From Longimicrobiales bacterium (GTDB taxonomy: Bacteria; Gemmatimonadota; Gemmatimonadetes; Longimicrobiales; Gaopeijiaceae): 64,000 nucleotides of DNA. The translations under genes and the position numbers were made by a program. The notes under the pieces were generated by a model. The model did not search any database and was not told the origin of the DNA. It saw only the letters and a list, made by a program, of their open reading frames with translations. Positions within the stretch are counted from its first letter, which is position 1. Every line of letters begins with the position of its first letter. Below are positions 30,321-42,614 of the stretch, piece after piece. The stretch spans positions 1,088,001 through 1,152,000 of the forward strand of contig OZ241869.1 of NCBI GenBank assembly GCA_965202805.1, written 5' to 3'.

Positions 30321-32474
30321 CTACCTTCGCTGGCTGGTCACGGTCTCCTCTTCGTCGATCAGCCAGTGCACCATCCAGCTGCGGATGCGCTCCAGCCGGT
30401 CCACCAGCAGCCAGGGCTCGCCCGTGCGCGAGAGACCGTGGCTGGAGCGGGGATAGCGCACCAGTTCGACGGGCACGCGCAGCTTCTTGAGCGACATGAA
30501 CCACTGCTCGGCGTCGGGCATCGGCGTGCGCCAGTCCTGCTCGGAGTGGATGAGCAGGGTGGGCGCGGTCACGTTCTCGACATAGGAGATGGGCGACAGG
30601 CGCCGGTACAGGTCCCGCTCCTCCCACGGGGTCCCGCCGAACTCGTATTCGGTGAGCCCCTGGGCGTCCGAGGTGCCCCACCAGCTCTCCCAGTTGGTGA
30701 TCGAGCGGCTGGAGGCGGACGCGGCGAAGCGGTCGGTGGTGGCGGTCAGCCAGTTCGACATGAAGCCGCCGTAACTCCCTCCGGAGACGCCGAGCCGCTC
30801 GGGATCGATGGCGGAATAGGCGGCGAGGGTGGCGTCCACGCCGGCGAGGTAGTCCTCGCGGTCGACGATGCCCCACTGCTCGAGGGTGGCGTACTGGAAG
30901 GCGTGCCCGTAGCCCGAGGAGCCGCGCGGGTTGGTGTAGAGGACGTAGAAGCCCGCGGCGGAGAGCACGTGGAAGGTCGGGAAGAAGGTGTTGCCGTAGG
31001 CGCTGTGCGGCCCGCCGTGGATCTTGAGCACCATCGGGTAGCTGCCGCCGGGGGCTTCGTCCACCGGCCGCACCACCCAGCCCTCGACCTCGATGCTGTC
31101 GTCCATCATCCAGGCGATGCGCTCGGCGGGCATGAGGGTGACGTCGGAGAGCCAGTCGTCGTTGAAGCCGGTCGCCTTCTGTTCCGTGGAGCCGTCGCCG
31201 GCAGCCACGTACAGTTCGGTCGGGGTAACCGGGTCGGTGGCGGTGAACGCCATCACCCCGTCGTCGGAGGTAAAGGAGAAGCCCGACAGCCGCCGGTCGC
31301 CCGCGGTGACCTGCGCGAGTTGGCCCCCGGCGGCCGGAACGGCGAACAGGTGGGAATTGCCGCCGGTCCCCGCGGAGAAGCGGATCCTGGCGCCGTCCTC
31401 CGACCAGGAGGGCGTGCCCGGCTGCAGGTCCCAGTCCGCGGTGAGGTTCACGGGCACGCCGCGCAGGCTGCCGTCCGGCCCCACGTCCTGCACCAGGATA
31501 TCGGTCTGCTCGCCGCGCGCCGGGCTCGACAGATAGGCGATGGAGCCGCCGTCCGGCGAGAGCGCGGGCGCCGACTCGCTGCCCGGGTTGGTGGTGAGCC
31601 GGCGAACCGACCCGCCCGTCACCGCCACCGACCAGATGTCGCCCGTGTTGTCGCGGTTGTACTCGTCGTCCTGGCGCTCGTTGCCCGTGAAGAAGATGCG
31701 CCGGCCGTCCGGCGACCAGGCGACCCCGCCCACATCGAACTGCAGGTCGGTGAGCTGCCGCGCGGTGCCGCCCTCGGCGGGGACCACGAACAGCTGGGTC
31801 CTGTCGCGCAGCGAGTAGTGCGGAAGCAGGGGATGCACGCCGTCGCGCTTGTAGCGCATGGCGGTGATCACGTGGCCGTCGAAGCGCCCCGCGTCCAGCG
31901 TGCTGGTGACCGCGTCGGGCGCGATCTGCCGGTTGTCGGCCCCGTCATCCTCTTCGTCCTCCTCCGGGGCCCGGGTGAAGGCGATGCTGCGCCCGTCCGG
32001 CGACCACACCGGCGCTCCCTCCACGCCCTCGATGTGGAAGGCCTCGCCACCCGGCCCGTCCACCCGCAGGAACCAGATCGGGTTCGGGTCGTCGCCCCGG
32101 CTGGAGCGGAAGGAGAGCAGGCGGCCGTCCGGCGACCATGCCGGCCCGCTCGCCTCGGAGGTCGGGTCGGAAAAGCGGATCGCGTCACCATCGGGCCTGC
32201 CGCCCGAGAGGGGCTGCAGCCACACCTCGCGGTGGCGCCGGTTCTCGTCCTCGATCACGCGCGTGACGGTGAAGGCGACGTACGCTCCCGTGGGCGACAT
32301 CGCCGGCTCCGACACACCCACGATGCGGTAGTAGTCGGTGGGCTGGAAGCCGCGTTCCTGCGCCATCAGCGGCGAGGCGACGGCAGCAATCAGGGCCAGG
32401 CTCGCCGCCACGACTTTCGCGGAATGGACGGGTGGGGCGCTATCGTGTAGCGATGCATGGGGCAGGCCGAACAT
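30321..32474 (-). CDS. S9C acylaminoacyl-peptidase-like serine peptidase with PD40 repeats
   Basis: WSPDG repeats, IHGGPH, NPRGSSGYG, GGSYGG, HSEQDWR, SSHGLSR. Confidence 0.93.
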   Translation of the reverse strand: MFGLPHASLHDSAPPVHSAKVVAASLALIAAVASPLMAQERGFQPTDYYRIVGVSEPAMSPTGAYVAFTVTRVIEDENRRHREVWLQPLSGGRPDGDAIRFSDPTSEASGPAWSPDGRLLSFRSSRGDDPNPIWFLRVDGPGGEAFHIEGVEGAPVWSPDGRSIAFTRAPEEDEEDDGADNRQIAPDAVTSTLDAGRFDGHVITAMRYKRDGVHPLLPHYSLRDRTQLFVVPAEGGTARQLTDLQFDVGGVAWSPDGRRIFFTGNERQDDEYNRDNTGDIWSVAVTGGSVRRLTTNPGSESAPALSPDGGSIAYLSSPARGEQTDILVQDVGPDGSLRGVPVNLTADWDLQPGTPSWSEDGARIRFSAGTGGNSHLFAVPAAGGQLAQVTAGDRRLSGFSFTSDDGVMAFTATDPVTPTELYVAAGDGSTEQKATGFNDDWLSDVTLMPAERIAWMMDDSIEVEGWVVRPVDEAPGGSYPMVLKIHGGPHSAYGNTFFPTFHVLSAAGFYVLYTNPRGSSGYGHAFQYATLEQWGIVDREDYLAGVDATLAAYSAIDPERLGVSGGSYGGFMSNWLTATTDRFAASASSRSITNWESWWGTSDAQGLTEYEFGGTPWEERDLYRRLSPISYVENVTAPTLLIHSEQDWRTPMPDAEQWFMSLKKLRVPVELVRYPRSSHGLSRTGEPWLLVDRLERIRSWMVHWLIDEEETVTSQRR

Positions 32475-32671
32475 CCCGGACCTCCTGCGCTCAACGAAAC
32501 AACCGGCGATCTCACTCAATATAGGAAGAGGGCCGGGGTCGCGGTAACGCGGGGCCGGGCGCCGCGGTTACCGGGCGCCGCATGAGCGGAAATGTCGGCT
32601 GTGGCAATAGTTCGGCTGACGGACCCGGATACGGCGTGTTCGACGGACAAGTTCGCAAAAGGGGGCAGGTG

Positions 32672-34477
32672 ATGGCTGGAAGGAGAATGCGTCCCGGGAT
32701 CGTGCGAACTTCGGAACAGGCGACCCGCTGCCGGACCGCCGGCACGTTGCTCGCACTGGCCGGCTCGCTGGCCCTGGCCTGCGCGGCCACCGCCTCCCCG
32801 GCCACCGCGCAGATCGTGCGCGGGCGGGTGCTCGAGGAGGGCGTCGGCACCCCCTTGCCCGGGGCGATGATCGTGCTCATCGACGGCGAAGGCACCCAGG
32901 TCGGACGCATCCTCACCGACGACCTGGGCAGGTTCACGCTGCGCGCGCCGCAGGCAGGAGCCTACACCCTGCGCGCTGACCGCATCGGTTATGCCAGCAT
33001 CACCTCCCCTCCGCTCGAGCTGGCCCCCGGGGCCGCGGCCTTCCACGACATGGTGGTCCCGGTGCAGGCGATCGCGCTCGACAACATCACCGTGGAGGGC
33101 GAGCGCCGGTGCGTGCTGCGCCCGGAAGGCGGGCTCGACGTGGCGCGGGTGTGGGAAGAGGCGCGCAAGGCACTCGCGGCCGCAGCCTTCACCGACGAGA
33201 CGTCCGTCTATCGCTACGTCACCATGAAGTACGAGCGGGACCTCGACACCGACGCCCGCACCGTGACGAACGAGCAGCGCAACTTCAGCGACCTCATGCA
33301 GCGCCAGACCTTCGTGTCGCGGCCCGTCGAGGAGCTCATGGCGGACGGCTTCGTGCAGGAGGAGGAGGACGGCACCTACTATTACGCCCCGGACGCCAAC
33401 GTGATGCTCTCGGACGCCTTCCTCGACACCCACTGCCTGCGCGTGCGTGACGGCGAGGACGAGACGGCAGGCCTCATCGGGCTCGCCTTCGAGCCCGTGG
33501 AGGGGCGCCGCGGGCATATCGACATCCGGGGCGTCATGTGGCTGGAGCCGGAGTCCTCGGAACTTCAGTGGCTGGAATACAATTACGCGGATCTGGACGC
33601 CGACCTCCGTTCGCGGCATGTGGGAGGCAAGGTGATGTTCGCGGGACTCCCCAACGGGACCTGGGTGGTGCGCGAGTGGTACATCCGCATGCCCCGCCCC
33701 GGCATGCGGCCCAATCCCTTCACCAACATCCCGGAACGCTTCCTGGCGGGGATCCGCGAGACCGGCGCCGTGGTCATGCGCATCCTGACCCCGCTGGGAG
33801 AGACCCTGGTCGAGGCCGAGACGGGGACGATCGAAGGCACGGTGCTGGATTCGCTGCACACCCGCCCGCTGGAGGGTGCGCGCGTCTTCGCCGATGGCAC
33901 CGATCACGCCGCCGTCACCGGGCCCGAGGGCAACTACCGGCTGACGGGCCTGACCGAAGGGGTGTACCGCATCGCCTACCATCACCCGGTGCTTGAGGAG
34001 GTGGGCTTCGCGCCCGAGCCGGTCGAGGTGGAGGTGCGCCGCGGTGAAGTCTCCGCGCTGCGGCTGCTCACCCCGTCCCGCCGGGAGGTGCTGCGCGACG
34101 CCTGCGCGGCAGCGGGACCGGCGGAGCGCACCGGCGTGCTCGCCGGCCGGGTGGTGGACGGCGCCTCGGGAGTCCCCGTGGACGGGGCGCTCGTCACCGC
34201 CACCTGGACCGGCTGGGACATCGGCACCATCGCGCCGGGCAGCAACCCGCGCGGCGGAGGCGACGCCACCGCCGGCCTCGTGCGGCTCGAGCAGAGGGAC
34301 GGCCAGTACGAGGCAATCACCGGCACGGACGGGCGCTTCCTCTTCTGCCGCGTCCCCGCGGGACCCAGCGTGGTCGTGGAAGCCGGGACGACGAATGGTG
34401 CGGCCGAACCCGAGACCCTCGTCCTGGAGGAGGCGGGCCAGGCCGAGTTCATGACCGTGTACATCAGGAACCAGTAG
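32672..34477 (+). CDS. Secreted protein with carboxypeptidase-regulatory-like domains
   Basis: Three repeats of the GxVxD/E...PLxGA...TxxxGxF/Y pattern plus a signal peptide. Confidence 0.8.
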   Translation: MAGRRMRPGIVRTSEQATRCRTAGTLLALAGSLALACAATASPATAQIVRGRVLEEGVGTPLPGAMIVLIDGEGTQVGRILTDDLGRFTLRAPQAGAYTLRADRIGYASITSPPLELAPGAAAFHDMVVPVQAIALDNITVEGERRCVLRPEGGLDVARVWEEARKALAAAAFTDETSVYRYVTMKYERDLDTDARTVTNEQRNFSDLMQRQTFVSRPVEELMADGFVQEEEDGTYYYAPDANVMLSDAFLDTHCLRVRDGEDETAGLIGLAFEPVEGRRGHIDIRGVMWLEPESSELQWLEYNYADLDADLRSRHVGGKVMFAGLPNGTWVVREWYIRMPRPGMRPNPFTNIPERFLAGIRETGAVVMRILTPLGETLVEAETGTIEGTVLDSLHTRPLEGARVFADGTDHAAVTGPEGNYRLTGLTEGVYRIAYHHPVLEEVGFAPEPVEVEVRRGEVSALRLLTPSRREVLRDACAAAGPAERTGVLAGRVVDGASGVPVDGALVTATWTGWDIGTIAPGSNPRGGGDATAGLVRLEQRDGQYEAITGTDGRFLFCRVPAGPSVVVEAGTTNGAAEPETLVLEEAGQAEFMTVYIRNQ

Positions 34478-34633
34478 TCCGTGGATGAATCCGCGCGCCC
34501 ACCCGAGAGCAGTGAGGCGCCGGGCCGGCAAGGCGTTTTGGACGCCGGAGTGGTATCATTACCGGCGACCTGCAAGCGGCGCATCGACGGCAGGATTGCG
34601 CGCACCGCGACTCCCCCAACCGACCGCCCGACC

Positions 34634-36799
34634 ATGCCCCTTCTTCTGCACTCCGTCCATGCCCGGCCCGGCGCCCGGAGCGCGCCTGGCTCTGCTCCCC
34701 GACGGATCCCGGCCCGTGGAATCGTGCTCGCAGGCTTCGCCCTGACGCTCGCCCTTACCAGCGTCCCCGCGCGACTCGCGGCCCAGGAACCCGACTCGTC
34801 CGCCGTGATTCCGCTCGACGAGATCGAGGTGACGGTGCTGCGCACGCCCATCCTGCTCGGGGAGGTTCCCTTCGCCGTGTCGGTCCTCGGCGAGTCGGCG
34901 CTCACGCGGGGCAAGGCCGGGCTCTCCATCGAGGAGGCGCTGCAGGGCCTGCCCGGCGTACAGGTGCAGAACCGCTACAACTCGGCGGTGGGCGAGCGCA
35001 TCTCCATCCGGGGCTTCGGCGCCCGCGCCCAGTTCGGCGTGCGCGGGGTGACGGTGCTGGTGGACGGCATTCCCGCCACCCTTCCCGACGGGCAGTCGAC
35101 CCTCGACCACCTCGACCTGGGCACCCTTGGCCGGGTGGAGGCGTTGCGTGGTCCCGGCTCTTCCGCCTACGGCAACGGGGCGGGAGGAGTGCTGCGCTTC
35201 GAGACCCGGCGGGCCGCCGACCAGCCCTTCCGCCCGGAGCTTTCATACGTGAGCGGCAGCAACGGCATGGAGCGGATGCAGGCCACCGCCAGCGGAGTCT
35301 CGGGCGAGCAGGAGTACCTCCTCAGCGCCTCACGCTTCAAGTACGAGGGCTTCCGCCGGAACCCGGTCGCGGACGACGGTTCCGTTTTCGGAGAAGCGCG
35401 CAAGCTGCACCTGAACGGGCAGCTGCGCTCGCCGCTGGCGGATGGCGAGCTCGTGGTGACCGCGAACCTGGCCAACCTGGACGGCGACAATCCCGGCTCC
35501 ATCAACGATTCGCTGCTGGCCGTGGGCGACCGCCGGGCACACCGGGGCAACATCTTCCAGGGGACCAACAAGCAGGTCACCCAGGGGCAGCTCGGCGTGC
35601 GCTGGACCGGCGCCGCGGCAGCCGGGGAGGCGGACCTCTCCGCGTGGGGGCTCTTCCGCAACCTGGACAACCCCATTCCCCCAGCCGTCATCGACCTGAA
35701 GCGCAACGCGGCCGGAGTGCGCGGCGCACTCCGCGGACAGGCTGGGGAATCGGAGCAGTTCTCCTGGAACTTCGGCGGGGAGTACGCCCTGCAGCGCGAC
35801 GATCGCCAGAACCACGGCAATGACGGCGGCGAGCGCGCGGACCTCAGGCTCGACCAGCTTGAGAACGTCCGCACCCTGGCGTTCTTCGGCCAGGGCGACC
35901 TGCGGGTAAGCGAGCGCGCCCGGCTGGTGGGCGGGGTGCGCTACGACCGGCTGGACTTCTCCGTGGAGGACGCGTTCCTCTCCAACGGCGACGACTCGGG
36001 AGACCGTCTCATGGACGCGATCAGCCCGTCCGTCGGGCTGCACGTCGCGGCAACCCGATCCGTGGGCCTCTTCGTGAACGTCGGCACCTCCTTCGAGAGC
36101 CCCACCACCACCGAGCTGGCCAACGACCCCAGCGGGCGGGGCGGCTTCAACCCCGAACTTGACCCACAGCGGAGCCTGAGCCTGGAAGTCGGCACGCGCG
36201 GCGTCTCGAACAACACCTTCGCCTACGAGCTCAGCGTCTTCCGCACCGGCATCACCGACGCGCTGGTGCCCATCGAAGTACCCGACATCGACCGCACCTT
36301 CTACGCCAACGCCGGCTCCGCCAGCCACCGGGGCTTCGAGGCCGCGTTCACGCTGGCTCCGGGGGGGAGAGCCTCCCTGCGCGCGACCTACAGCTACACC
36401 GACGCCGTCTTTGACGACTATGTCGTGGACGGAACCGACTACGGCGGCAACCAGATCCCCGGCCTCGCCCCCCACAGGGCCGAAGCCATCGCCTCGTTGC
36501 GGGTTCCCGGCGGGTTCTGGTCCGGAAACTGGGAGCTGCGCGCGGCCCACGTGTCGGCTCTTCCGGTCAACGACCGCAACACCGCCGAGACCGACGCCTA
36601 CCAGCTTCTGGATGCTCGCTACGAGTCCGACCCCCAGTCGGCCTTCGGGGCTCTGGACGTCGCCGTGGTCATGGGCGTAACCAACATCTTCGACACGCTC
36701 TACACGGCGTCGGTGGTGGTGAACGCCTTCGGGGGCCGCTTTCATGAGCCCGGCCCCGGCCGGAGCTTCTACTTCGGCACCCGCTGGGGCGTGCCTTGA
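34634..36799 (+). CDS. TonB-dependent receptor
   Basis: Plug motifs ISIRGFG, VLVDGIP, VEALRGPGSSAYG and C-terminal NIFD...PGRSFYFG. Confidence 0.92.
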   Translation: MPLLLHSVHARPGARSAPGSAPRRIPARGIVLAGFALTLALTSVPARLAAQEPDSSAVIPLDEIEVTVLRTPILLGEVPFAVSVLGESALTRGKAGLSIEEALQGLPGVQVQNRYNSAVGERISIRGFGARAQFGVRGVTVLVDGIPATLPDGQSTLDHLDLGTLGRVEALRGPGSSAYGNGAGGVLRFETRRAADQPFRPELSYVSGSNGMERMQATASGVSGEQEYLLSASRFKYEGFRRNPVADDGSVFGEARKLHLNGQLRSPLADGELVVTANLANLDGDNPGSINDSLLAVGDRRAHRGNIFQGTNKQVTQGQLGVRWTGAAAAGEADLSAWGLFRNLDNPIPPAVIDLKRNAAGVRGALRGQAGESEQFSWNFGGEYALQRDDRQNHGNDGGERADLRLDQLENVRTLAFFGQGDLRVSERARLVGGVRYDRLDFSVEDAFLSNGDDSGDRLMDAISPSVGLHVAATRSVGLFVNVGTSFESPTTTELANDPSGRGGFNPELDPQRSLSLEVGTRGVSNNTFAYELSVFRTGITDALVPIEVPDIDRTFYANAGSASHRGFEAAFTLAPGGRASLRATYSYTDAVFDDYVVDGTDYGGNQIPGLAPHRAEAIASLRVPGGFWSGNWELRAAHVSALPVNDRNTAETDAYQLLDARYESDPQSAFGALDVAVVMGVTNIFDTLYTASVVVNAFGGRFHEPGPGRSFYFGTRWGVP

Positions 36800-37365
36800 A
36801 CCGACTCCTGGCCGGGTTGGGGCTCCTCACCAGCCTCTGCCTCGGCTCCGGTGACTCGCTGCACGCCCTGTCCCCGGTGCCGGTGGCCGACGCGGCGGCC
36901 ATGCCCTCGGCGCCCGCGGCCCGGGCAGCACCCGTCCCCGGCGACGATCCCCCGGTGTACCGCTACGGGCTCACCCTCGGAGGCACCGCCTTCATCTCCC
37001 TGGTCTTCGAATACGAGTCCGGCAATCGCGCGGTGGAATTCGCGCTCGGGACCTTCTCGGGACGGGACCTGTCGCTGGCCGTCACCGGCAAGCAATACCT
37101 CGGCGGCGACCTGCGCGCCTTCGCCGGCGCAGGGTTCTGGGGCGTCGCCGCCTTCCCCGCCGATCAGCGCGCCGGGTTCGCCCTGATCGCGCGGGCGCCG
37201 ATCGGGGTGGACTGGCACGCGCTCGAGCGACACGCCGCCGGATTCGAACTCAACCTCAACCGGGCGCTTGCCATGCGCCGCCCCGACCCGCTGGACGAAC
37301 GCCCGCCGCGCACCCGCATCGTCCCGCTGCCGGCCTTCTACTACCGCTTCGCGGATCCCCGCTGA
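36796..37365 (+). CDS. Hypothetical exported beta-strand-rich protein
   Basis: Overlaps the receptor stop. Signal peptide and amphipathic beta strands. Confidence 0.6.
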   Translation: MNRLLAGLGLLTSLCLGSGDSLHALSPVPVADAAAMPSAPAARAAPVPGDDPPVYRYGLTLGGTAFISLVFEYESGNRAVEFALGTFSGRDLSLAVTGKQYLGGDLRAFAGAGFWGVAAFPADQRAGFALIARAPIGVDWHALERHAAGFELNLNRALAMRRPDPLDERPPRTRIVPLPAFYYRFADPR

Positions 37366-37462
37366 GGACGACCACGCTTCCGCAGTTTCCGCCGGCGAAG
37401 CTCATACCCGGTCCCCGCCACCGACCTCCCGCGGACCTGGGGCCCGTCACTCAATCCGGCCC

Positions 37463-38653
37463 TCACTCCACCGGCGTCATCCCCACGTACTTGAGCCCGC
37501 TTCCGGTGTTGAAGAGCACCGTCTCGTCGTCGTCGGAGAGCAGTCCCATCTCCTTCAGCTCCGGAACGGCCGCCAGCACTGCTCCTCCCTCGGGGCACGC
37601 GAAGATGCCGGTGCACTCGCCCATCGCGCGCACCGCCTCGGCCATCGCCGCGTCCTCGATCGCGACCGCGCCGCCCTCCGACTCCCTGATCGCGCGCAGC
37701 ATCAGGAAGTCCCCCACCGCCGCCGGGACCCGGAGCCCCGCCGCGTAGGTCTCGGCGTCCTGCCAGTACTGCGCCGCCTCGGTACCCTCCTGCCAGGCCC
37801 GCACCACCGGCGCGCATCCGGTCGGCTGAACCGAAAACATCTTCGGGCGCTCGCTCCCGATCCAGCCCATCCGCTCCATCTCGTCGAACGCCTTCCACAT
37901 GCCGATGAGGCCGGTGCCGCCGCCGGTCGGGTAGATCACGGCGTCGGGGAGCCGGAACCCTAGCTGCTCGAAGAGCTCGTACCCCATCGTCTTCTTGCCC
38001 TCCACGCGGTACGGCTCCTTGAGCGTGGAGAGATCCCACCAGCCCATGTAGTCTGCCCCCTCGCGCACGACCTTGCCGCAGTCGGTGATGAGGCCGTCCA
38101 TCAGCACCAGGTCGGCGCCCAGTCCCTGAATCTCCTCCACGATGGTGGCCGGGGTGTCGTTGGGCGCGACGATGTGAACCGGCAGCCCGCCTGCAGCTCC
38201 GTACGCGGCGGCGGCGCTGCCGGCGTTACCCGCCGTGGGAATCGCCAGCTCCTTCGCCCCCAACTCCTTCGCGCGCGATACGGCTAGGCACAACCCGCGG
38301 TCCTTGAAGCTGCCCGTGGGGTTCATGCCTTCGTTCTTCACCCAGAGGCGCCGCATGCCGTAGCGCTTCGCGAGCCGCGGCGCGTCGGTGAGCGGCGTCC
38401 AGCCCTCTCCGAGGGACAGCTGGCATTCGGGAACCCGTACCGGCAGCACCTCCTCGTAACGCCAGAGATCCGGCCGCCGTCCCTCCAGGTCGCGCGGGCG
38501 GAAGTGGCGCCGGATGGTGTCCAGGTCGTAGCGCGCGAAGAGCGGCCTTCCCGCCGGCGAGAGGCCCATCAGCTGTTCGCTGTCGAAGACCTCGCCGGTC
38601 CAGGTGCACTCCAGATGGCTGGCGCCGCGCGCCTTCCACGGAATCGCGTTCAT
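37463..38653 (-). CDS. thrC: Threonine synthase
   Basis: SLGEGWTPL, NPTGSFKDRG (PLP Lys), PTAGNAG, PYRVEGKKT, FNTGSGLKY. Confidence 0.88.
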   Translation of the reverse strand: MNAIPWKARGASHLECTWTGEVFDSEQLMGLSPAGRPLFARYDLDTIRRHFRPRDLEGRRPDLWRYEEVLPVRVPECQLSLGEGWTPLTDAPRLAKRYGMRRLWVKNEGMNPTGSFKDRGLCLAVSRAKELGAKELAIPTAGNAGSAAAAYGAAGGLPVHIVAPNDTPATIVEEIQGLGADLVLMDGLITDCGKVVREGADYMGWWDLSTLKEPYRVEGKKTMGYELFEQLGFRLPDAVIYPTGGGTGLIGMWKAFDEMERMGWIGSERPKMFSVQPTGCAPVVRAWQEGTEAAQYWQDAETYAAGLRVPAAVGDFLMLRAIRESEGGAVAIEDAAMAEAVRAMGECTGIFACPEGGAVLAAVPELKEMGLLSDDDETVLFNTGSGLKYVGMTPVE

Positions 38654-38943
38654 ACAGTCGCCTTCCAGGGCTAGAGGTGGATGCGCCGCCCTCGGTCTGC
38701 CGGGGCGCGGGCCGGGCCGACCGGGTCCGGAAGCAGGTGCCCCGCCTCCGGATGTTCCGAAAAATCGGCGGGTCCCTTACGCTTGATGAAGATGCGGCGC
38801 AAGGTTACAGGCAACCAACTGACGCCGCAACACATCCAACAGACGTAGTTCGGGACGCCGGAACCGGTCTGGATACAACCCGAATGGGTCGAGCACAGAG
38901 GATATTCGCGCTTCGCAACGAGCGGGTACCGACGGATGAAGGG

Positions 38944-39504
38944 ATGAACGAATCCCGGATGATCCGCAGGGCGAGCGAAGGTGACGCTCGGGCGATACGG
39001 TCGCTGTACGACCGCTACAGCCCCCGCGTGTACGCCGTGGTGCGCAGAATCGCCGGGGACGATCACACTGCCCAGGACTATGCCCAGGAGACCTGGGTGC
39101 GCGTCATCCGGGCGCTTCCGACGTTCCGCGGCGACTCGAAGTTCTCCACCTGGCTGCATCGCATCGCGGTCAACGCGGCGCTGCAGGCGAGGCGCAGGGA
39201 GAGCACCCGGCAGGACCGGGAGGTGTCGATCCCCGATACCGTCCCGGTCAAGTCATCGCCAGGCGATCCTCTGCTGGCGCAGCGGCTGGAGGCAGCGCTG
39301 GACCGCCTGCCGGAACGCATGCGGTGCGTGCTGATCCTCCACGACGTGGAGGGCTACACGCATAAGGACATCGGTGAGATGATGGGCGTGACTGCGGGCA
39401 CATCCAAGTCACAGCTCTTCAAGGCGCGGGCGAAAATGAGACAATGGCTGGGGTCGGTTCACGAACCCCGACACGAACAGGAGCGGGAAGCATGGAGCAT
39501 CTGA
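38944..39504 (+). CDS. ECF RNA polymerase sigma factor
   Basis: AQDYAQETW, FRGDSKFSTWLHRIAVN, LHDVEGYTHKDI, GTSKSQLFKAR. Confidence 0.93.
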   Translation: MNESRMIRRASEGDARAIRSLYDRYSPRVYAVVRRIAGDDHTAQDYAQETWVRVIRALPTFRGDSKFSTWLHRIAVNAALQARRRESTRQDREVSIPDTVPVKSSPGDPLLAQRLEAALDRLPERMRCVLILHDVEGYTHKDIGEMMGVTAGTSKSQLFKARAKMRQWLGSVHEPRHEQEREAWSI

Positions 39505-40178
39505 GTCTGGAAGCTCTGGCTCGCCTGGTTGACGAGGCACCCTTCAGGAGCGAGAGGCAGCACCTGGCCCGCTGCCCGGATTGCTCCCGGGAGCTGGAGC
39601 TGCTGCGCGAGCAGACGGAAGCGCTGGGGTCGCTGCCGGATATGCGCCCGGCGCCCGGAGACTGGCCGGCGCTGGAGGAGCGGCTGAAACGCGAGGGGCT
39701 CCTGCGCACCAACACTCCGGCGGATACGGTAATCCGCCTGATCGACCGGCGGCGCGGCTGGATGCAGGCCGCTGCCGCATTGGTGCTCTTCCTCGCGGGA
39801 GGCCTCTCGGGAGCGGTGCTGGCGCCGATCGATTTGGGGACACCTGGCGACGGACAGGTCGTGGCGGGAGAGGCGTCTCCGGCCGGACTCCCGGTCGCGG
39901 AAGCTTCAACGGTCGAGGAGGCGGCGGAGATTCTGCACCTCGCCGAGCAGCAATACCGCGACGCCACGTTGCGCTATCGGCAACTGACACGCGGTCCCGA
40001 GGCCGAAATGCTGATGGATCCGCGCCGCCTTGCGGTCATTGACGCGATGCTCGCCGTGGGCCAGGCGGCCGTCCAGGAGGCTCCCGACGATCCGTTTCTG
40101 AACGGATTCCTGGTGAGCGCGACAGCCGAGCGGGAGGCTGCACTGAACGCACTCTTCGCGTCGGCCGATCGATACTAG
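39492..40178 (+). CDS. Anti-sigma factor (ZAS HxxxCxxC plus TM)
   Basis: HLARCPDC and one TM helix. Overlaps the sigma gene. Confidence 0.8.
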   Translation: MEHLSLEALARLVDEAPFRSERQHLARCPDCSRELELLREQTEALGSLPDMRPAPGDWPALEERLKREGLLRTNTPADTVIRLIDRRRGWMQAAAALVLFLAGGLSGAVLAPIDLGTPGDGQVVAGEASPAGLPVAEASTVEEAAEILHLAEQQYRDATLRYRQLTRGPEAEMLMDPRRLAVIDAMLAVGQAAVQEAPDDPFLNGFLVSATAEREAALNALFASADRY

Positions 40179-40180
40179 CC

Positions 40181-41278
40181 ATGCTGCGTTTTCGCGCCTC
40201 CGGAGCCGCCCTCCTGATGCTGTCGCTTCTGCCCCCCGCGGGGTTGGGGGCGCAGGCCGGCGCCGTCCCGCAAGAGCGCGGCTGGATCGGCATCCAGGTC
40301 GAAGGACGTGCGCTTCCCGACGGCTCCGCGCGGGTGATGATCGTGCGCGTGGACAGGGGAAGTCCGGCCGACCGGGCAGGAGTGCGTCCGTTCGACCTCC
40401 TGATCCGCCTGGACGGGGCGGGTATCTCGCCGGAAGCCTTGCTGGAGCTGGGGGAGCGTCTCGGCCCCGGACTTCCCGTCGAGCTCACGGTGCTGCGCGG
40501 CAACCGTGAACGGACCCTGCGCCTGATCGCCGAAACGCGGCCCGATGCCATGGATCCGGCCGCGATGGAGGAGTTCACGGCCCGGGTCGACTCGGCGCGC
40601 CTGCAGATCCTGCGCATGGTGGACTCGCTCATGGCCGATACGACCTGGGCGAGAATCCGGACCGACATGGAGGCCGCCCGGAGGGCCATGGTCGAGCAGG
40701 CCGAGGCGGGCGGCGAACCGGAGGCGGCCGCGGAGGTGATGGAGCGGGTCCGTGAAATGATGGTCCGGGCCCGTGAGGCCATGCGCTCCCAGCGTTTCGG
40801 CCGTCCCCGGCCGCCGGTCGGTCCTCCCCCCGCACGTGTACGGATTACCGTCGACGAAACCGCGGCGAGCGAGCGCAGGGGCCGCGGCGGGCCGCCCGAC
40901 CGCGGTCGCGTCGTGGTCGGCAGAAGGGGGTCCGGGGAGTACAGGGGCCCTGGAGGTCCGCCCCCCGGCGTTCGCTTCCGGTCTCCCTACCTCCTGGGCA
41001 ACCGATTCGTGGCGGGAGCCGAACTGGAGGTGGTGGAGCCGGACGCTCCTGCCGGCACCGGGGGCAGAAGGCTTCAGGTCGTGCAGGTTCTGGAGGGCAG
41101 CCCCGCCGACCGCGCCGGCCTGGCTCCCTCGGACCTGATCGTGACCATCGGCGGAGAACCGGTGGGCAACCTCAGGGAGTTCCGCGTCCGTCTCGGCCGG
41201 CTGATCCTCCGGGGTCGCCCCGAAATGCAGATCGTGCGCGGCGACACGACGCTGGTAATCACCCTGCCCCGACCGTAG
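40181..41278 (+). CDS. Periplasmic protein with two PDZ domains
   Basis: GWIGI...GSPADRAGVRPFD and GSPADRAGLAPSD. No protease domain. Confidence 0.8.
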   Translation: MLRFRASGAALLMLSLLPPAGLGAQAGAVPQERGWIGIQVEGRALPDGSARVMIVRVDRGSPADRAGVRPFDLLIRLDGAGISPEALLELGERLGPGLPVELTVLRGNRERTLRLIAETRPDAMDPAAMEEFTARVDSARLQILRMVDSLMADTTWARIRTDMEAARRAMVEQAEAGGEPEAAAEVMERVREMMVRAREAMRSQRFGRPRPPVGPPPARVRITVDETAASERRGRGGPPDRGRVVVGRRGSGEYRGPGGPPPGVRFRSPYLLGNRFVAGAELEVVEPDAPAGTGGRRLQVVQVLEGSPADRAGLAPSDLIVTIGGEPVGNLREFRVRLGRLILRGRPEMQIVRGDTTLVITLPRP

Positions 41279-41374
41279 AAGAGACCTGCCGGAGGGCACC
41301 CCCGGCGGTGGTTCCGGTCCCGTCATTACCCCCAGGCCCGGAATCGACCGCCGGCTTGTGTCGGACCGGCTCGC

Positions 41375-42595
<1,221 letters not shown>

Positions 42596-42614
42596 TTCGG
42601 CTCTCCAGACTCCG

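Noticed and set aside
32542..32572. Hairpin CGGTAAC..GTTACCG between divergent genes
   Set aside because: Single short GC-rich hairpin with no U-tract or further support.
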